64,000 bases of DNA from Opitutales bacterium. Its GTDB lineage: Bacteria > Verrucomicrobiota > Verrucomicrobiia > Opitutales > UBA2987. The notes beneath the pieces are model-generated. The model searched no databases, was not told the DNA's origin, and saw nothing but the letters and a program-made list of their open reading frames with translations. Shown here piece after piece: positions 21,424 through 32,170 of this stretch. The stretch is from contig CBDDEL010000011.1 in the NCBI GenBank assembly GCA_965226885.1, forward strand, positions 1-64,000. The letters run 5' to 3'. How positions within the stretch are numbered: the first letter of the stretch is position 1; each line of letters begins with the position of its first letter. The position numbers were made by a program, and so were the translations under genes.

Positions 21424-24048
21424 TCAGTTGGCAGTTGGCAGTTTTTTACGGGTTTGATTGAGAAGATTCTCGATAATCTTTCGATTCGTCCAGTCTGCCG
21501 GGGCAATTCTCAATGCCATGTTGAAATCTGCCGTCGCCCCTTGCAGATTCTTCTGCTTTAGGCGGGCGTGACCCCGATTCCCATAAGCATTGGAATAATC
21601 GGGATTAATGCTTATGGCCTTATCGTAATCGGCGATGGCCTTTTCCACTTCTCCCTGGATTAAACGCAGATTCCCCCGGTTGTAATAGGATTTGGCGTAG
21701 GAAGGGTCCAATTCTACCACCTTGTTGAAATCTTCAAGAGCCCCCTTCACGTCTTGGCTAGCCTGCCGGAGGCTGCCGCGATTATTGTAAGCTGCAATAA
21801 ATTTAGCATTCAACTCCAGCGCTCTGTTGTAATCTTCCATCGCCCCGTCCGAATCACCCAATTTATCGCGCACCAATCCGCGCAGATTATAACTTTGGGA
21901 GTTTTGCGGAAAATCCCTTATGGCCTCCGAGTAGTCACTCAGGGCGTATTCCAGTTTCCCTGTTTTTTCAAAAAACTGGCCTCTTCGTAAGAGGGCGCCG
22001 CCTTTCTCCGGTTGTATTTGCATTAACCGGTTGTAGTCCTCCAGAGCCTCCTTCTGCCGCCCCAATTCCGTCAGAAGATTACCGCGGCTGAGGATTGCCG
22101 CCGCATAAGCGGGATTTAGCTTGATAGCCGAGGAATAATCCCGCAAGGCCTGTTTGTGTTGGCCCGTTGATTCATACAGGCCTCCCCGGTTGTAAAGTGA
22201 ATCCTGATAAAGTGAATCCTGATATTGAGGGTTAATTTTCACAGCCATATTGAGATCGGCAAACGCCCCCGATGTGTCGCCCATTTTTTTTCGCAACAAT
22301 CCTCGGTTCACATAAGCGTAATAAAACCCCTTTTTCAAGCTTATGGCCGTGGTATAATCCTCCAGGGCACCATCCGGGTCTCCCAAAGTCTGCCGCGCGT
22401 TCCCCCTGTTATTGTAGGCGGAAAGAAAATCCGGCTTCAACTTGATAGCTGTGTTGTAATCGGTTACGGCATTTTTTGTATTGCCCATTTTATCCCAAAC
22501 TCCGCCCCGTCCGTAATAGACGCCGGCGAAATCCGGATTCAGCCCAATCGCCAGATCGTAGTCCGCCATGGCCGCATCCAGTTGGCCGCTGGCGGTATAA
22601 GCGGGCGCCCGGTTGTCGTAAGCGATATAGTTTTCCGGGTTGATTTTAAGGGCATGATTCCACAGCGAAAGACGATCCTTCCAGACCCGGGTCTGGAGGT
22701 TTGTCAGGACAGCTAAAATCACCAGAACGGCCGCGGCGGCTGCAAAACCCTCCCTCCATCTTCCTCGCACGCATAAAAAATAGAGACCGCCCGCCGCCAG
22801 CATCGAAAAAGGAAGGCAGGATAAATACGAATAGCGGTCGGCAGCTATTTGATGGCCGCTCTGGACCAACCCCAGCACCGGAGAAACGATTGCGGCATAG
22901 CACAACCAAGCCGTAATACCCCAAGGCCAGCGCCGCCACTTGAGGAGGAGCCAGATGGTCAAGGCAGGCGTCAAAAAAGCGGTCAATAGGTATTTGAAGG
23001 CAAAGGGGTTGAAATCGTGAGGCAATATATAGAGCGGTGACAGACCGAAGGGGAACAATGTTTTGAAAGGATAAAAACAAAGCCCGTAGGCCGCCTGGAT
23101 GCATCTGTCCATCAGCCCGTGCCCTACCGTCCGGATTGACCATTCTTCCTGCGCAATTACGGCCACAAAGGCAAAACCTGCCGCCAATACAATATAGGGA
23201 ACTTTTTCCCACAGCAGTTTCAGGGCCGGGCGAAACCATCCCTTTTCGACCTCAAACCTGCGGAGCGGATAAACATCCATAATCAAAAGGATAGCTGGCA
23301 GCGTGATACCCCAAGGTTTGGACATGAGGGACCCGACAAAAAAGATGAGAGCCCAGGCCGCCATTTTGGTGGATCGACTACCGTCTCGTCGGAAAATTTT
23401 CAAGTAACAGAGCAAGGTCAGTAAATAAAAGAAGCCCGAAACCACGTCCCGCCTTTCCGTGATCCAGGCCACCGACTCGACCCGTAGCGGATGCAAGCCA
23501 AAAAATAGAGCGCCGGCCGCACAGCAAAGCCTGAATTTCAGGTTGTCGTCCGCACTCCCCCAATCGGGCTTCAATGGCAATAAAGCCATCGCCAGAAAAT
23601 AAAGAAGGACGGTATTGGCGGCGTGAAAAACAATGTTGCCCAAATGGTAGCCGAACGGCTCCAAACCCCACAATTGATAGTCGAGAACATGAGTCAGCCA
23701 GGTCAGTGGCTGGTAATGACCTGGAAATGTGGTGGTAAAAATCCACTTCAAATGCGTGAGGCTGTACCCCCGGTATCGGTAATTATCGACATAGTTGCCC
23801 ATGTCGTCCCAAATCCAGCCATTCTTCAGGGCGGGGTAAAATGCTGCCAACACGGCCAAACCCAATAATAGGGACATCCTTGCCTCCTCCCAGACAGGCT
23901 TCGATGCCGGATCTATCCCGGCCTCGGCCTCTGAAATCTGCGGGAGTTCCGGTTCCTCAGTTTCCGGCCCTTCCACATGGCGAGGCTGAGCAGGTTCCGC
24001 GCTTTCAACGGGGATTTTGCGCCTTTTTATCCTTGGTTTTCGTTTCAT
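21424..24048 (-). CDS. TMTC-like membrane glycosyltransferase with C-terminal TPR array
   Basis: WDD, LHPLRVESVAW, ADRYSY, many TM segments, then more than 10 TPR repeats (AYNNRG...). Confidence 0.85.
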   Translation of the reverse strand: MKRKPRIKRRKIPVESAEPAQPRHVEGPETEEPELPQISEAEAGIDPASKPVWEEARMSLLLGLAVLAAFYPALKNGWIWDDMGNYVDNYRYRGYSLTHLKWIFTTTFPGHYQPLTWLTHVLDYQLWGLEPFGYHLGNIVFHAANTVLLYFLAMALLPLKPDWGSADDNLKFRLCCAAGALFFGLHPLRVESVAWITERRDVVSGFFYLLTLLCYLKIFRRDGSRSTKMAAWALIFFVGSLMSKPWGITLPAILLIMDVYPLRRFEVEKGWFRPALKLLWEKVPYIVLAAGFAFVAVIAQEEWSIRTVGHGLMDRCIQAAYGLCFYPFKTLFPFGLSPLYILPHDFNPFAFKYLLTAFLTPALTIWLLLKWRRWPWGITAWLCYAAIVSPVLGLVQSGHQIAADRYSYLSCLPFSMLAAGGLYFLCVRGRWREGFAAAAAVLVILAVLTNLQTRVWKDRLSLWNHALKINPENYIAYDNRAPAYTASGQLDAAMADYDLAIGLNPDFAGVYYGRGGVWDKMGNTKNAVTDYNTAIKLKPDFLSAYNNRGNARQTLGDPDGALEDYTTAISLKKGFYYAYVNRGLLRKKMGDTSGAFADLNMAVKINPQYQDSLYQDSLYNRGGLYESTGQHKQALRDYSSAIKLNPAYAAAILSRGNLLTELGRQKEALEDYNRLMQIQPEKGGALLRRGQFFEKTGKLEYALSDYSEAIRDFPQNSQSYNLRGLVRDKLGDSDGAMEDYNRALELNAKFIAAYNNRGSLRQASQDVKGALEDFNKVVELDPSYAKSYYNRGNLRLIQGEVEKAIADYDKAISINPDYSNAYGNRGHARLKQKNLQGATADFNMALRIAPADWTNRKIIENLLNQTRKKLPTAN
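22193..22222. repeat. 15-bp tandem duplication, in frame (YQDSL x2)
   Basis: TAAAGTGAATCCTGA twice. Confidence 0.9.
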
Positions 24049-24066
24049 GAGCGAGTCGGCTTATAT

Positions 24067-24519
24067 TCAATTATCATCGCCCAGGCCGAAATAATAGACC
24101 CGCTCGCCGCTGAATCTCTCATTTTCCGAATCCCAGGGAAATAGGATGAGAACCTCGAACTCGACCAATTCGCCGGTGGGGGAAAAATCGTGCCACTCTT
24201 CCTTGTGAGTCCCAGTCACATGGGCCTCCTCGAACACTCCCTGCGGCCCAATGACGATGCTTTGCAAATCGAAATGAACATCCGGAAAGGCCGTCAGTAA
24301 CTCGTTGTAAAACCGGGTGGCGCCCTCATGACCTTCCCACCTCAAGCCCTTTTGCGGCATCTCATAAACACAGTCATCCGTCAAAGTGCCCATGAGGCCC
24401 GGAATATCCCGGCTATCCTCGGCAATGGAGTGAGCCATCCACAATTTGCGAATCTTTTCATGCTCCTCCGCCTCAGGCCGCCGTCGAATCGCACGGAGTA
24501 TTTTTTTTTGGGGAATCAT
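24067..24519 (-). CDS. SnoaL-like ester cyclase / NTF2-fold protein
   Basis: LTDDCVYE, FYNELLTAFPDVHF, VTGTH, GERVY. Confidence 0.8.
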   Translation of the reverse strand: MIPQKKILRAIRRRPEAEEHEKIRKLWMAHSIAEDSRDIPGLMGTLTDDCVYEMPQKGLRWEGHEGATRFYNELLTAFPDVHFDLQSIVIGPQGVFEEAHVTGTHKEEWHDFSPTGELVEFEVLILFPWDSENERFSGERVYYFGLGDDN

Positions 24520-24662
24520 GAGGATGGAGGATGTTTGATATAGGATGCAATATGTATGAGAATATCGAGGCGCTACAATTGCGTATCGTTGAGTGAGAAA
24601 TATCAAGCAACGACAAATAAGAACATTCCCAGTATTATGAATAATTATCCTGCATCAAGTAT

Positions 24663-25547
24663 CTAAAATCCAGCCTCGTATTGGCGTTGCCGTTCGCGGG
24701 CGGCGGCGCGTTTATTGTCCGATATTATATCGTGGCAATGGGGGCAGGTGACGCCTTCTTCGTAATTGGATGAGGCTCTCTCATCCGGGGAAACGGGGTG
24801 CCCGCAGGATTTGCAGGACTCGTGAGAACCAATTGTCAGGTTTTGGCCGACGGATACCCGGCCATCGAATACAAAGCATTCGCCCTGCCAGAGACTTTTT
24901 TCGGATGGTATTTTTTGCAAATAGTTGAGGATTCCGCCCTGCAGTTGTAAAACTTCCTCGAATCCATTTTGCAGCAGGTAGGCGGATGCCTTTTCACAGC
25001 GGATTCCTCCCGTGCAAAACATGGCCACTTTTTTGTGAACGGCCGGATTGAGATTTTTGACCGCATATTTTGGAAATTGATTGAAATGCCCGGTATGGGG
25101 ATTTTCCGCCCCGGCAAAGGTTCCGATGCCGATTTCATAATCATTGCGCGCATCCACCACCTTGATTTCGGGATCCCTCAAAATCGCATTCCAATCTTCC
25201 GGTTCAATAAATTTCCCTGTTTTCAGGTGCGGATTCACCTTGTCGACTCTCAAAGGAACTATCTCCTCTTTCAAGCGCACCATCATCCGTTTGAATGGCA
25301 CTGCATTGGTTTGCGATTGGCAGTGGGTGAGGTCGCTCAGGCATTGAATCGAGCGCAAATAATCGAGAACCGAATTTACTGAATCGGGCTCTCCGGCAAT
25401 CATCCCGTTGACCCCCTCCCCAGCCAGTAAAATGGACCCCTTTAGCCGGTTTTGCCAGCAGGCCAAAAGAAGCGGTTCCCGCAGGCTCTTGAAATCGGAG
25501 AGCGGAACGAATTTGTAGAAAGAGGCAACCAGGCAATCTTGGCTCAT
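24663..25547 (-). CDS. trhO: Rhodanese-domain tRNA U34 hydroxylase (UPF0176)
   Basis: FYKF, EGVNG, DARNDYE, FCTGGIRCEKA, GGILNY, CFVFDGRV. Confidence 0.92.
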   Translation of the reverse strand: MSQDCLVASFYKFVPLSDFKSLREPLLLACWQNRLKGSILLAGEGVNGMIAGEPDSVNSVLDYLRSIQCLSDLTHCQSQTNAVPFKRMMVRLKEEIVPLRVDKVNPHLKTGKFIEPEDWNAILRDPEIKVVDARNDYEIGIGTFAGAENPHTGHFNQFPKYAVKNLNPAVHKKVAMFCTGGIRCEKASAYLLQNGFEEVLQLQGGILNYLQKIPSEKSLWQGECFVFDGRVSVGQNLTIGSHESCKSCGHPVSPDERASSNYEEGVTCPHCHDIISDNKRAAARERQRQYEAGF

Positions 25548-25556
25548 ACCAAATAT

Positions 25557-28046
25557 TCAGCACATTTGCGACTGATGATGGCATCGGCGTCGCTGATTAA
25601 CGGTCAATTCAGGAAGATCGGCGAAGAAGAGCTGGGGTTTGAAAGCGCCTAATACTTTACCGGCGGCGGCTTGCAGCTCGGTCCAGCGGTCCCAGTCATA
25701 AGATGGAGCATGAATGATCTGGTTGAGCAAGCTTCTCCATTCGAGCCGCGCCCTTTCAATATCACCGGGCGGCAAGTCATCCTTGGCCAACTGCAACAAG
25801 GAAATGGAATTGTCTGAAACGTCGGCTATGACTTCTGCTGCACCGTCCCCATAATCCGGTGGCACTCCCCGGTCGAGATAACCCGGACAGGAAGCGCCCT
25901 TGTAGGCGTGACGGCATATTCTACCCATGCGTCCGCTATAGGTTTCATGTTTTTCAAATCGATGCCCGGCCCTGAGGTTGGCCAGATCGTAAACCAAATC
26001 ATCGATTTCATAATCCGCTGCTTCCAGGGCCCCGGCCACTGCCAAGCCTTCCCCGTTATTAAAAAAACTGAAAATGATTCCTCGTCGCGTCGGTTTGCCC
26101 AATGGGTTGACCATTCCGAGCCGCTGCCAGGCCTTTGCCGGTGTGGATAAATTTCCCCCCTCCGAAACCTCTTCCATCTCATTGCGAAAGGAAAAATCGG
26201 AGGTAACTTTGCGAACTCTTTCCGGCGGATTGAGTAGCGCCCGCCCGTCGGAATCGACAATCGCCAATATTTCCGCTTCGGAATAGTCGAGGGAAACGTA
26301 AATGACTCCGTTGCGGTCGAGAAGCAGGCGAGGGGCTCCGCCTTGAGTAAACTGCGGGAGGAGCGGAAAAATTTCTCTCTCCAGGCCTTCCAGGGTCCAA
26401 CCTTTAGAGTTCAATTTTTCATTTTTTCTCTTATTTTTTTTCAACAATTTTCTCAATTCCCGATAAAGCCATTTGGTAATCACCAGGTCGCCCTCCTCTG
26501 GTGTTTTTCCCAATCGGGCCAGGGATACTTCTCGACCGTAGTGAAACGTCTCTCCCTGTGGCCATTTACTCATCCGGCCGACTTTTAAGTTCAGAATTGG
26601 CAAGTGGGTTTGTAGGGCCGGCAGCCATTGTTCCTTGGCAAAAACATAGGTTTCATCCAATCGTCTTTTAACCGGGGCCCGCCGACGCTCCCATTGCCCT
26701 TTGAAGTTACGGATTTCGGTCAAAGCCGTGGCCGGTGGCTGGCTGTTATTAGATGCAGTTTTATGATTGTTCGAGGAATCTGCCCTTTTTGCCGATGCAA
26801 ATATTTCCAATCCCAGGGAGACAGGGTTTTCCGTAAACAAGCGCTGGCTCAGGTTCTCGGCCGCGCGAACGGGATTTTCGCCTCTGTCAATGGCAGTCTG
26901 CATGGCCGCAATAAAAGCGGGCCATTCCAGCCTCGACGGTCTTTTCAGGAGCAAGGGCCGACCCTCGTGGAGGCGTGGTTTGCCCGGCGCGACCAAAATA
27001 TAACCCTTTTTATCCAATCCACGCCGACCGGCCCTGCCGAACATCTGCAATAGTTCATCCGGTCGCACCAGGTGGCTATGGTGCCCGGCCCGGTATTCTC
27101 GGTCAGTAACCAGAACCGACCGCATGGAAAAATTGATGCCCGCTCCCAGTCCGGTTGTGGCTACCACAAATCGAAGCTGGCCGGCCTTGGCCAGCGGTTC
27201 GACGATCCCGGCTCTTTGACGATAACTCAGGCCGGAGTGATGGTAAGCGATTCGGTTTTTCAATAAACCGGCCAATTTTTTCCCGGCCAGTTTTTTCTGC
27301 TCCGCCGTCAATTCCAGAGGTTCCAGCACGGGCAATTGAGCCGAGACCTTGAGGGCAAAATCTTCACTGGCCTGGCGCTTGGGAGCAAAAGCAAGGATCG
27401 GCCCCAATCCGGCTTTAAGGGCTTTGCCAATTATCCTGGGCCAGTATCCCTGAACGGAATCGGGAATCCGCTCTTTAAGCGCATCTAAAAAGACCTCTAC
27501 CTGGGGCACAGGACGATCCGGGGTGGAGATCAATTTTACTTTTCGGCCCAGCCTTTCCAGCCATATAAGCACATTTTTAGGGTTGGCCACCGATCCGCTG
27601 AGCAGGAGCAATTGGGTATTACCAGGAGCTATTGCGATAATAAGCTCATAATTCACTCCCCGCGAAGAATCCCCCAGCATTTGATATTCATCGATGACGA
27701 GCAAATCGGGACCCCAGCCTTGCAAAAAACGCCGTTTTTGGGTTTCCAGGGTGGCTACTATAACAGGAGCCTCGATATTTTCAAGAACGTCTCCGGTGAC
27801 AATGCCCACGTTCCAGTTCTTTTTGCGCCACTCAAGCAACTTATCGTTGGCCAATGCCCGGGTGGGCACGGTGTAAATGCATTGGCCGGCCAGTCCGGTT
27901 TCGACCAGCATTTCGAAAATATAGGTTTTCCCCGCTCCCGTTGGGGCATCGACAATTACATCGAAACCCTCTTGTAAAGCATTCAAGGCCTCTTGCTGCC
28001 ACAGATCGGGCAATTTAAGGTTAACGGAAAGTTCTTTCATCGCCAT
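25557..28046 (-). CDS. Ski2-like SF2 helicase
   Basis: APTGAGKT, PTRALAN, IDEYQ, HHSGL, QMFGRAGRRG. Confidence 0.9.
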   Translation of the reverse strand: MAMKELSVNLKLPDLWQQEALNALQEGFDVIVDAPTGAGKTYIFEMLVETGLAGQCIYTVPTRALANDKLLEWRKKNWNVGIVTGDVLENIEAPVIVATLETQKRRFLQGWGPDLLVIDEYQMLGDSSRGVNYELIIAIAPGNTQLLLLSGSVANPKNVLIWLERLGRKVKLISTPDRPVPQVEVFLDALKERIPDSVQGYWPRIIGKALKAGLGPILAFAPKRQASEDFALKVSAQLPVLEPLELTAEQKKLAGKKLAGLLKNRIAYHHSGLSYRQRAGIVEPLAKAGQLRFVVATTGLGAGINFSMRSVLVTDREYRAGHHSHLVRPDELLQMFGRAGRRGLDKKGYILVAPGKPRLHEGRPLLLKRPSRLEWPAFIAAMQTAIDRGENPVRAAENLSQRLFTENPVSLGLEIFASAKRADSSNNHKTASNNSQPPATALTEIRNFKGQWERRRAPVKRRLDETYVFAKEQWLPALQTHLPILNLKVGRMSKWPQGETFHYGREVSLARLGKTPEEGDLVITKWLYRELRKLLKKNKRKNEKLNSKGWTLEGLEREIFPLLPQFTQGGAPRLLLDRNGVIYVSLDYSEAEILAIVDSDGRALLNPPERVRKVTSDFSFRNEMEEVSEGGNLSTPAKAWQRLGMVNPLGKPTRRGIIFSFFNNGEGLAVAGALEAADYEIDDLVYDLANLRAGHRFEKHETYSGRMGRICRHAYKGASCPGYLDRGVPPDYGDGAAEVIADVSDNSISLLQLAKDDLPPGDIERARLEWRSLLNQIIHAPSYDWDRWTELQAAAGKVLGAFKPQLFFADLPELTVNQRRRCHHQSQMC

Positions 28047-29052
28047 GAATACGATTCACCGCATGATCTTGGCCTGAGCGCTTATTCCGTTTGAAAAAGA
28101 GATCGGGAACGAGAATCCGCTCTTTCCCTTGTGCCTCAAAAATGGGATACATGAGGAAATTAATCGGCCCGTTGGGAGGTAGAGGTTCAACCACCAAATC
28201 CCGCCCCTGGCTAAACTCAATTCGGTTGGCCGGTTGGTTTCCAAAGTAATAATCCGCCAGAGCGGGATATTTCCACGCTTCGCTGATATCGACCGGCACC
28301 CACTTCCCGTCGGCGTAGAATTCCAACCAGCAATGATACCCCGCAACCGGCCCTTCGCTCCTGTCGGCTGGAATGGCCGCGCCAATCGCAAATCGGGCGG
28401 GAATACCCACTGAGCGCGATAGGGCAATAAAATACGAATGGAAATCGGTGCAATTGCCGCTCTTCACGTCGCACGCATAGAGGGCGTCACCACGCCCCCA
28501 TCCCACGCCGCTCTTGTCATAGCGAAAGAGATTGAGCACATGGTTATACAAAGCAAAAGCCTGATCCCTCTTCCCCCGCTTCCCTTCTATAACCTCTTTC
28601 GCAATACGCCTGATTTCGCCGTTCAAAGGCGTCAATCGCTCTGCCCGAAGATATTTTGCCAACTCCGGTTCGTCCGATTGGTAGGATGATTTCTCACGCC
28701 TCAGAACTTGATAGCTTAGGACAATTTCCCGGTCGCTGTCTTCCGCTCGGAGCGTGAAATAAAGGATCCGGTTACCGAAATCCCGGTCCCGAATCTCGAG
28801 CCCCTCCACTGGCGCTTCGACCCCCGCCAGAGTCACCTCCTGAAAAGCATCGGAGGCGGCGATCGGTAGCCAGAGAGATGCCCTGTCATCAAGCATCGGT
28901 ATTCGCACACGATAGACAAACTCGAAAGAGTCGCTCCCCGTGAGAACACTGACGTTCCCGCCCTTTTTCGGGTCAGACAAAGCCGGCGTGAGATCAACGC
29001 TGTCGGCCGAAACTGGGGAAGTTGCCAAGACGGTCAGAAGAAGAGGTATCAA
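28021..29052 (-). CDS. Transglutaminase-like domain protein, probably exported
   Basis: GNCTDF, GIPAR, HCWLEF, WVPVD (Cys-His-Asp triad); start uncertain. Confidence 0.85.
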   Translation of the reverse strand: MIPLLLTVLATSPVSADSVDLTPALSDPKKGGNVSVLTGSDSFEFVYRVRIPMLDDRASLWLPIAASDAFQEVTLAGVEAPVEGLEIRDRDFGNRILYFTLRAEDSDREIVLSYQVLRREKSSYQSDEPELAKYLRAERLTPLNGEIRRIAKEVIEGKRGKRDQAFALYNHVLNLFRYDKSGVGWGRGDALYACDVKSGNCTDFHSYFIALSRSVGIPARFAIGAAIPADRSEGPVAGYHCWLEFYADGKWVPVDISEAWKYPALADYYFGNQPANRIEFSQGRDLVVEPLPPNGPINFLMYPIFEAQGKERILVPDLFFKRNKRSGQDHAVNRIHGDERTFR

Positions 29053-29067
29053 CAGCGATCTGATCGT

Positions 29068-29580
29068 TTATCCTTCCGTGGTTATCCTTACCCAGAGTCC
29101 GTCTTCTTTCTCCTTCCAACGGTAGAGCCGCTCGCCGTTAATCTTATGCACCGTTGCTTCTATAACCTTCATCGCCCCGGCGTGCCCCTTCAAGAAAAAG
29201 TCCACATCGTAGGTATTGCCGTCGCTTCCTTTGAGGTCGGTGCAAGCAAAATGTTGACCATTGTCCAACTGGGCCAGCTTGTCCTTGTGGACCTTGAGCA
29301 AAGTGAGAGCCAATTCGTTGCCTTCGTAATCCATTCGATAGGCCCCATTACCCTCCTCTACCTTATTTGCGATATGGCTCTTGATGCCCGTCGAGATATC
29401 CGCCTTGGTAACCGATTTTTTCTTCGCCGTGGGGTGCTCTGGATGCTCTGCCTTACCCTTCTTTGCCGACTTGGCTTTCTCAGCGGGGTGTTCCGCAGGG
29501 TGTTCCGCGGCCACCGTTATGGTGGTGATGAAAAATGCCGAGACTGATCCCAGCAGGAGATTTAAGAAAATACGTCGCAT
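29068..29580 (-). CDS. Exported hypothetical protein with EHP repeats
   Basis: GGAGG RBS, signal peptide, AEHPAEHPAE...AEHPEHP. Confidence 0.8.
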   Translation of the reverse strand: MRRIFLNLLLGSVSAFFITTITVAAEHPAEHPAEKAKSAKKGKAEHPEHPTAKKKSVTKADISTGIKSHIANKVEEGNGAYRMDYEGNELALTLLKVHKDKLAQLDNGQHFACTDLKGSDGNTYDVDFFLKGHAGAMKVIEATVHKINGERLYRWKEKEDGLWVRITTEG

Positions 29581-30066
29581 TTTATTCCTCCAAATATGGT
29601 TTAATTAGTTCCGATTATGAACGTCATAATGATGGCTTCAACATCAAAATTCAGGTTCTTCGTATATTAGAGTGGGAACAAGTTTAAAAATTCCTTTCAT
29701 TTCAGAATTTTAATCCTACCTTTTCGGGTAAACGGTGGATCGAGCCCGTTTTGCCCGGAGCGGATCTGTGTGTGCTGCTGGAGGTAGCGGATTTTCCACG
29801 TCTGAGCTTTAGAGGGAGTGTTTGCGGAGAATTTTACCGAATCGACCCGTTTAATCCATGCCTGGTAGCCGCCGTTTACAGGGTCGTAATTCGATTGGTC
29901 AGAGGATATGTTCGTTATTCGCGCAACCAAAGTTCTGAGTTTTGAAGCGAAAGTAATAGAAAGTGACTGGGGGATTCCGGCACACCGGTTTCAATCTGGT
30001 CAAAGAAGGCCCTTTAATGGAGAAACAATATTTCCTCGTATTTTGAAAAAGGTAAATCAGAACAGA

Positions 30067-30684
30067 TCAGGTCAGCTTCAACTGGAGATTCCAGGATTCG
30101 CCCGAAAGATTTTTATCCTCGATTATGCGAGCCAGGAACCAGAGATCGGAATTGGGTGCGCTGGAGGTTTCCTCAAGCAGCATAGAAATCTGGCGAATTT
30201 TACGGGCAAGTTCTCCCGGTTTGCTGTGACTGAAAAATTCAATCCGTTGGCCATTAGGACCCGTCAAGTGCGTGCCGCCGCGGCCATCCGCATGCAGCGA
30301 AAAAGTTCCGGTGCGAAATGCATCAGCCGAGAATTGCGAGAAAGCCGGGTCTTTAAACAATTGCTGGATGAGGTGAATCAGGGCATTTTCCAGATCGGCC
30401 GGATTTCGAATGCCGGAATTTTTTAAAAACTGTTCCAGTCCACTAACGGGCGAAGGGGCTTGCACATTGTCCAGGTAATTGGCGAATGGCACTCTATCCA
30501 AATTGGCTGCCGTTTCGGGCAGGGGTTTTTTGGCCAGAAGGTGCTCAACCGCTTCTTTGCCGATATCTAAAAGACTGAGGGATAGAATTGGATTCATACC
30601 GATTTTTGCTGCCAGGGAAATTATTTCCGATGCTGGCTTCAAACAGTTTAAAGCATCCCGTATGCCAAAATAGACGTCGCCCAA
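30067..30684 (-). CDS. Hypothetical protein
   Basis: 205-aa ORF just downstream of the response regulator; true start may be MNPILS near 30598. Confidence 0.6.
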   Translation of the reverse strand: MGDVYFGIRDALNCLKPASEIISLAAKIGMNPILSLSLLDIGKEAVEHLLAKKPLPETAANLDRVPFANYLDNVQAPSPVSGLEQFLKNSGIRNPADLENALIHLIQQLFKDPAFSQFSADAFRTGTFSLHADGRGGTHLTGPNGQRIEFFSHSKPGELARKIRQISMLLEETSSAPNSDLWFLARIIEDKNLSGESWNLQLKLT

Positions 30685-30700
30685 TGGGAATTATTTAATC

Positions 30701-31999
30701 TTAAGAATAAACCAATAGTCTTTGGATTATCGGATCCACTATATTGTGTCTGCGGATTTTTTCCAAAGTCCCATCTTTCAGTTTATGACCTTCGGGGATG
30801 AGAAGTAAACCGGTTGGACTGAACAAACCTTTAGCCAGGGTCATCCCGCTTTCCAACTCCCTGAAGAGCACTTCCTTCACCTTTCGAGGCAGTTCGATCA
30901 TTCGGGTAGCTTTGAGAAACAATCGAACCGCTTCCGGATCGAAAGCTTTTCCAGATTGATTGAGAATTTCTTCGATTGCATTTTCCCTCGTCAATCCACA
31001 CTCGGCGAAAAATACGTTTACGGCCAAAAACCGGGCCGTTTTGGGAATGGCCAAACGCGCCAGGCCGTCAGGAAACCCTTTTCCGTCCCAGCGTTCGTGA
31101 TGCGCCCTTATGGTGGCCCCCACACTCTCCAGGTCTTCCACGAAGGTAGCCAGGGTCTGCCCGTAAATGGGATGATTGCTGATAATTCGTTTTTCGCTTT
31201 CGGAAAGAGTGTCGGGATCCTGTCTGGAGCGCAGGAACAATTCCCGGGAGATTCCGATCAATCCAATATTGTTCAACCAGGCGCTTGTTTTTAATACATG
31301 CTGTTCCTCTATTGAAAAATAGCCGGTTTCGATCATCTTCCGGCAAAGATCTACGATGGCTTTAGTTTCTTTGCCTAAAAGCGGATGGTAAGCGCTGCCG
31401 ATCCGGTAGCAAAGCTCGATGGAGTGTTCGAAATTACCGGTTAATGCCTTGTTGGCCCGGTCCAGGGCGGTTTGCTGATCGGCCAATTCCTTGTTTTTTC
31501 TTTGCAGGTCCAGATTAGTTTCACTCAGACGCTCATTCAGCAGCAAGGTGTCTCTCTGCAGTTTGCGGTTGACCCCTAGAAGCTCGTTTCTTTGCACCGC
31601 ATTTTTAACTGTTGCCAGCAGTTCCTCACGAATCCACGGCTTGGCCAAAAACCTAAATATCTCCCCTTTATTGGCGGCATCTATTATCGTTTTCAGGGTC
31701 AAAACGCCGGTTATTAAAATGCGGGAGGCATCGGGCTGGATAAGCTTGGCCTGGCGTAGAAATTCCAGCCCCGTCATTTCCGCCATCCTTTGATCGGAAA
31801 TAATAACGGCAAATTCCTCTTCTCTGAGGTATTCCAGTGCCTTTAATGGAGAGATCGTTGTGATGATCTCGTAGCCCTCTTTGGAAATGGTTTCCTCCAG
31901 TGCAAACAGGATGATTTCCTCGTCATCGACGATGATTATTTGGGGTTTCTTCGTCCTTTGCTCCATATAATTAATTACAAATTCTTTTACATTCGGCAA
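30701..31999 (-). CDS. Response regulator with degenerate HD-GYP-type domain
   Basis: VDDE, ISDQRM, KPW receiver; coiled coil; HHERWDGKGFP. Confidence 0.88.
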   Translation of the reverse strand: MPNVKEFVINYMEQRTKKPQIIIVDDEEIILFALEETISKEGYEIITTISPLKALEYLREEEFAVIISDQRMAEMTGLEFLRQAKLIQPDASRILITGVLTLKTIIDAANKGEIFRFLAKPWIREELLATVKNAVQRNELLGVNRKLQRDTLLLNERLSETNLDLQRKNKELADQQTALDRANKALTGNFEHSIELCYRIGSAYHPLLGKETKAIVDLCRKMIETGYFSIEEQHVLKTSAWLNNIGLIGISRELFLRSRQDPDTLSESEKRIISNHPIYGQTLATFVEDLESVGATIRAHHERWDGKGFPDGLARLAIPKTARFLAVNVFFAECGLTRENAIEEILNQSGKAFDPEAVRLFLKATRMIELPRKVKEVLFRELESGMTLAKGLFSPTGLLLIPEGHKLKDGTLEKIRRHNIVDPIIQRLLVYS

Positions 32000-32170
32000 T
32001 TACGCCCAGTTGGTTAAGCAGTTCGGTTTTCCCAACTAATCGATATTGGCAATGCTGGAATGAAGTTGGCATGAAATGTTGATAAAATCGAAATGATGAC
32101 GATTACACGAATCAGTTTATTTTGTTTTGTATAGACTCTATGGAAATGGAAAAATTTTCCGATATTGTGC

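Noticed and set aside
21424..22700. Periodic sequence suggesting a CRISPR or DNA repeat array
   Set aside because: The periodicity is at protein level (TPR); there are no identical repeats with spacers.
29697..30426. ORFs 29697..29930 (-) and 29908..30426 (+)
   Set aside because: No recognisable motifs; the second is antisense to a better ORF. The first could be a small gene but I cannot support it.
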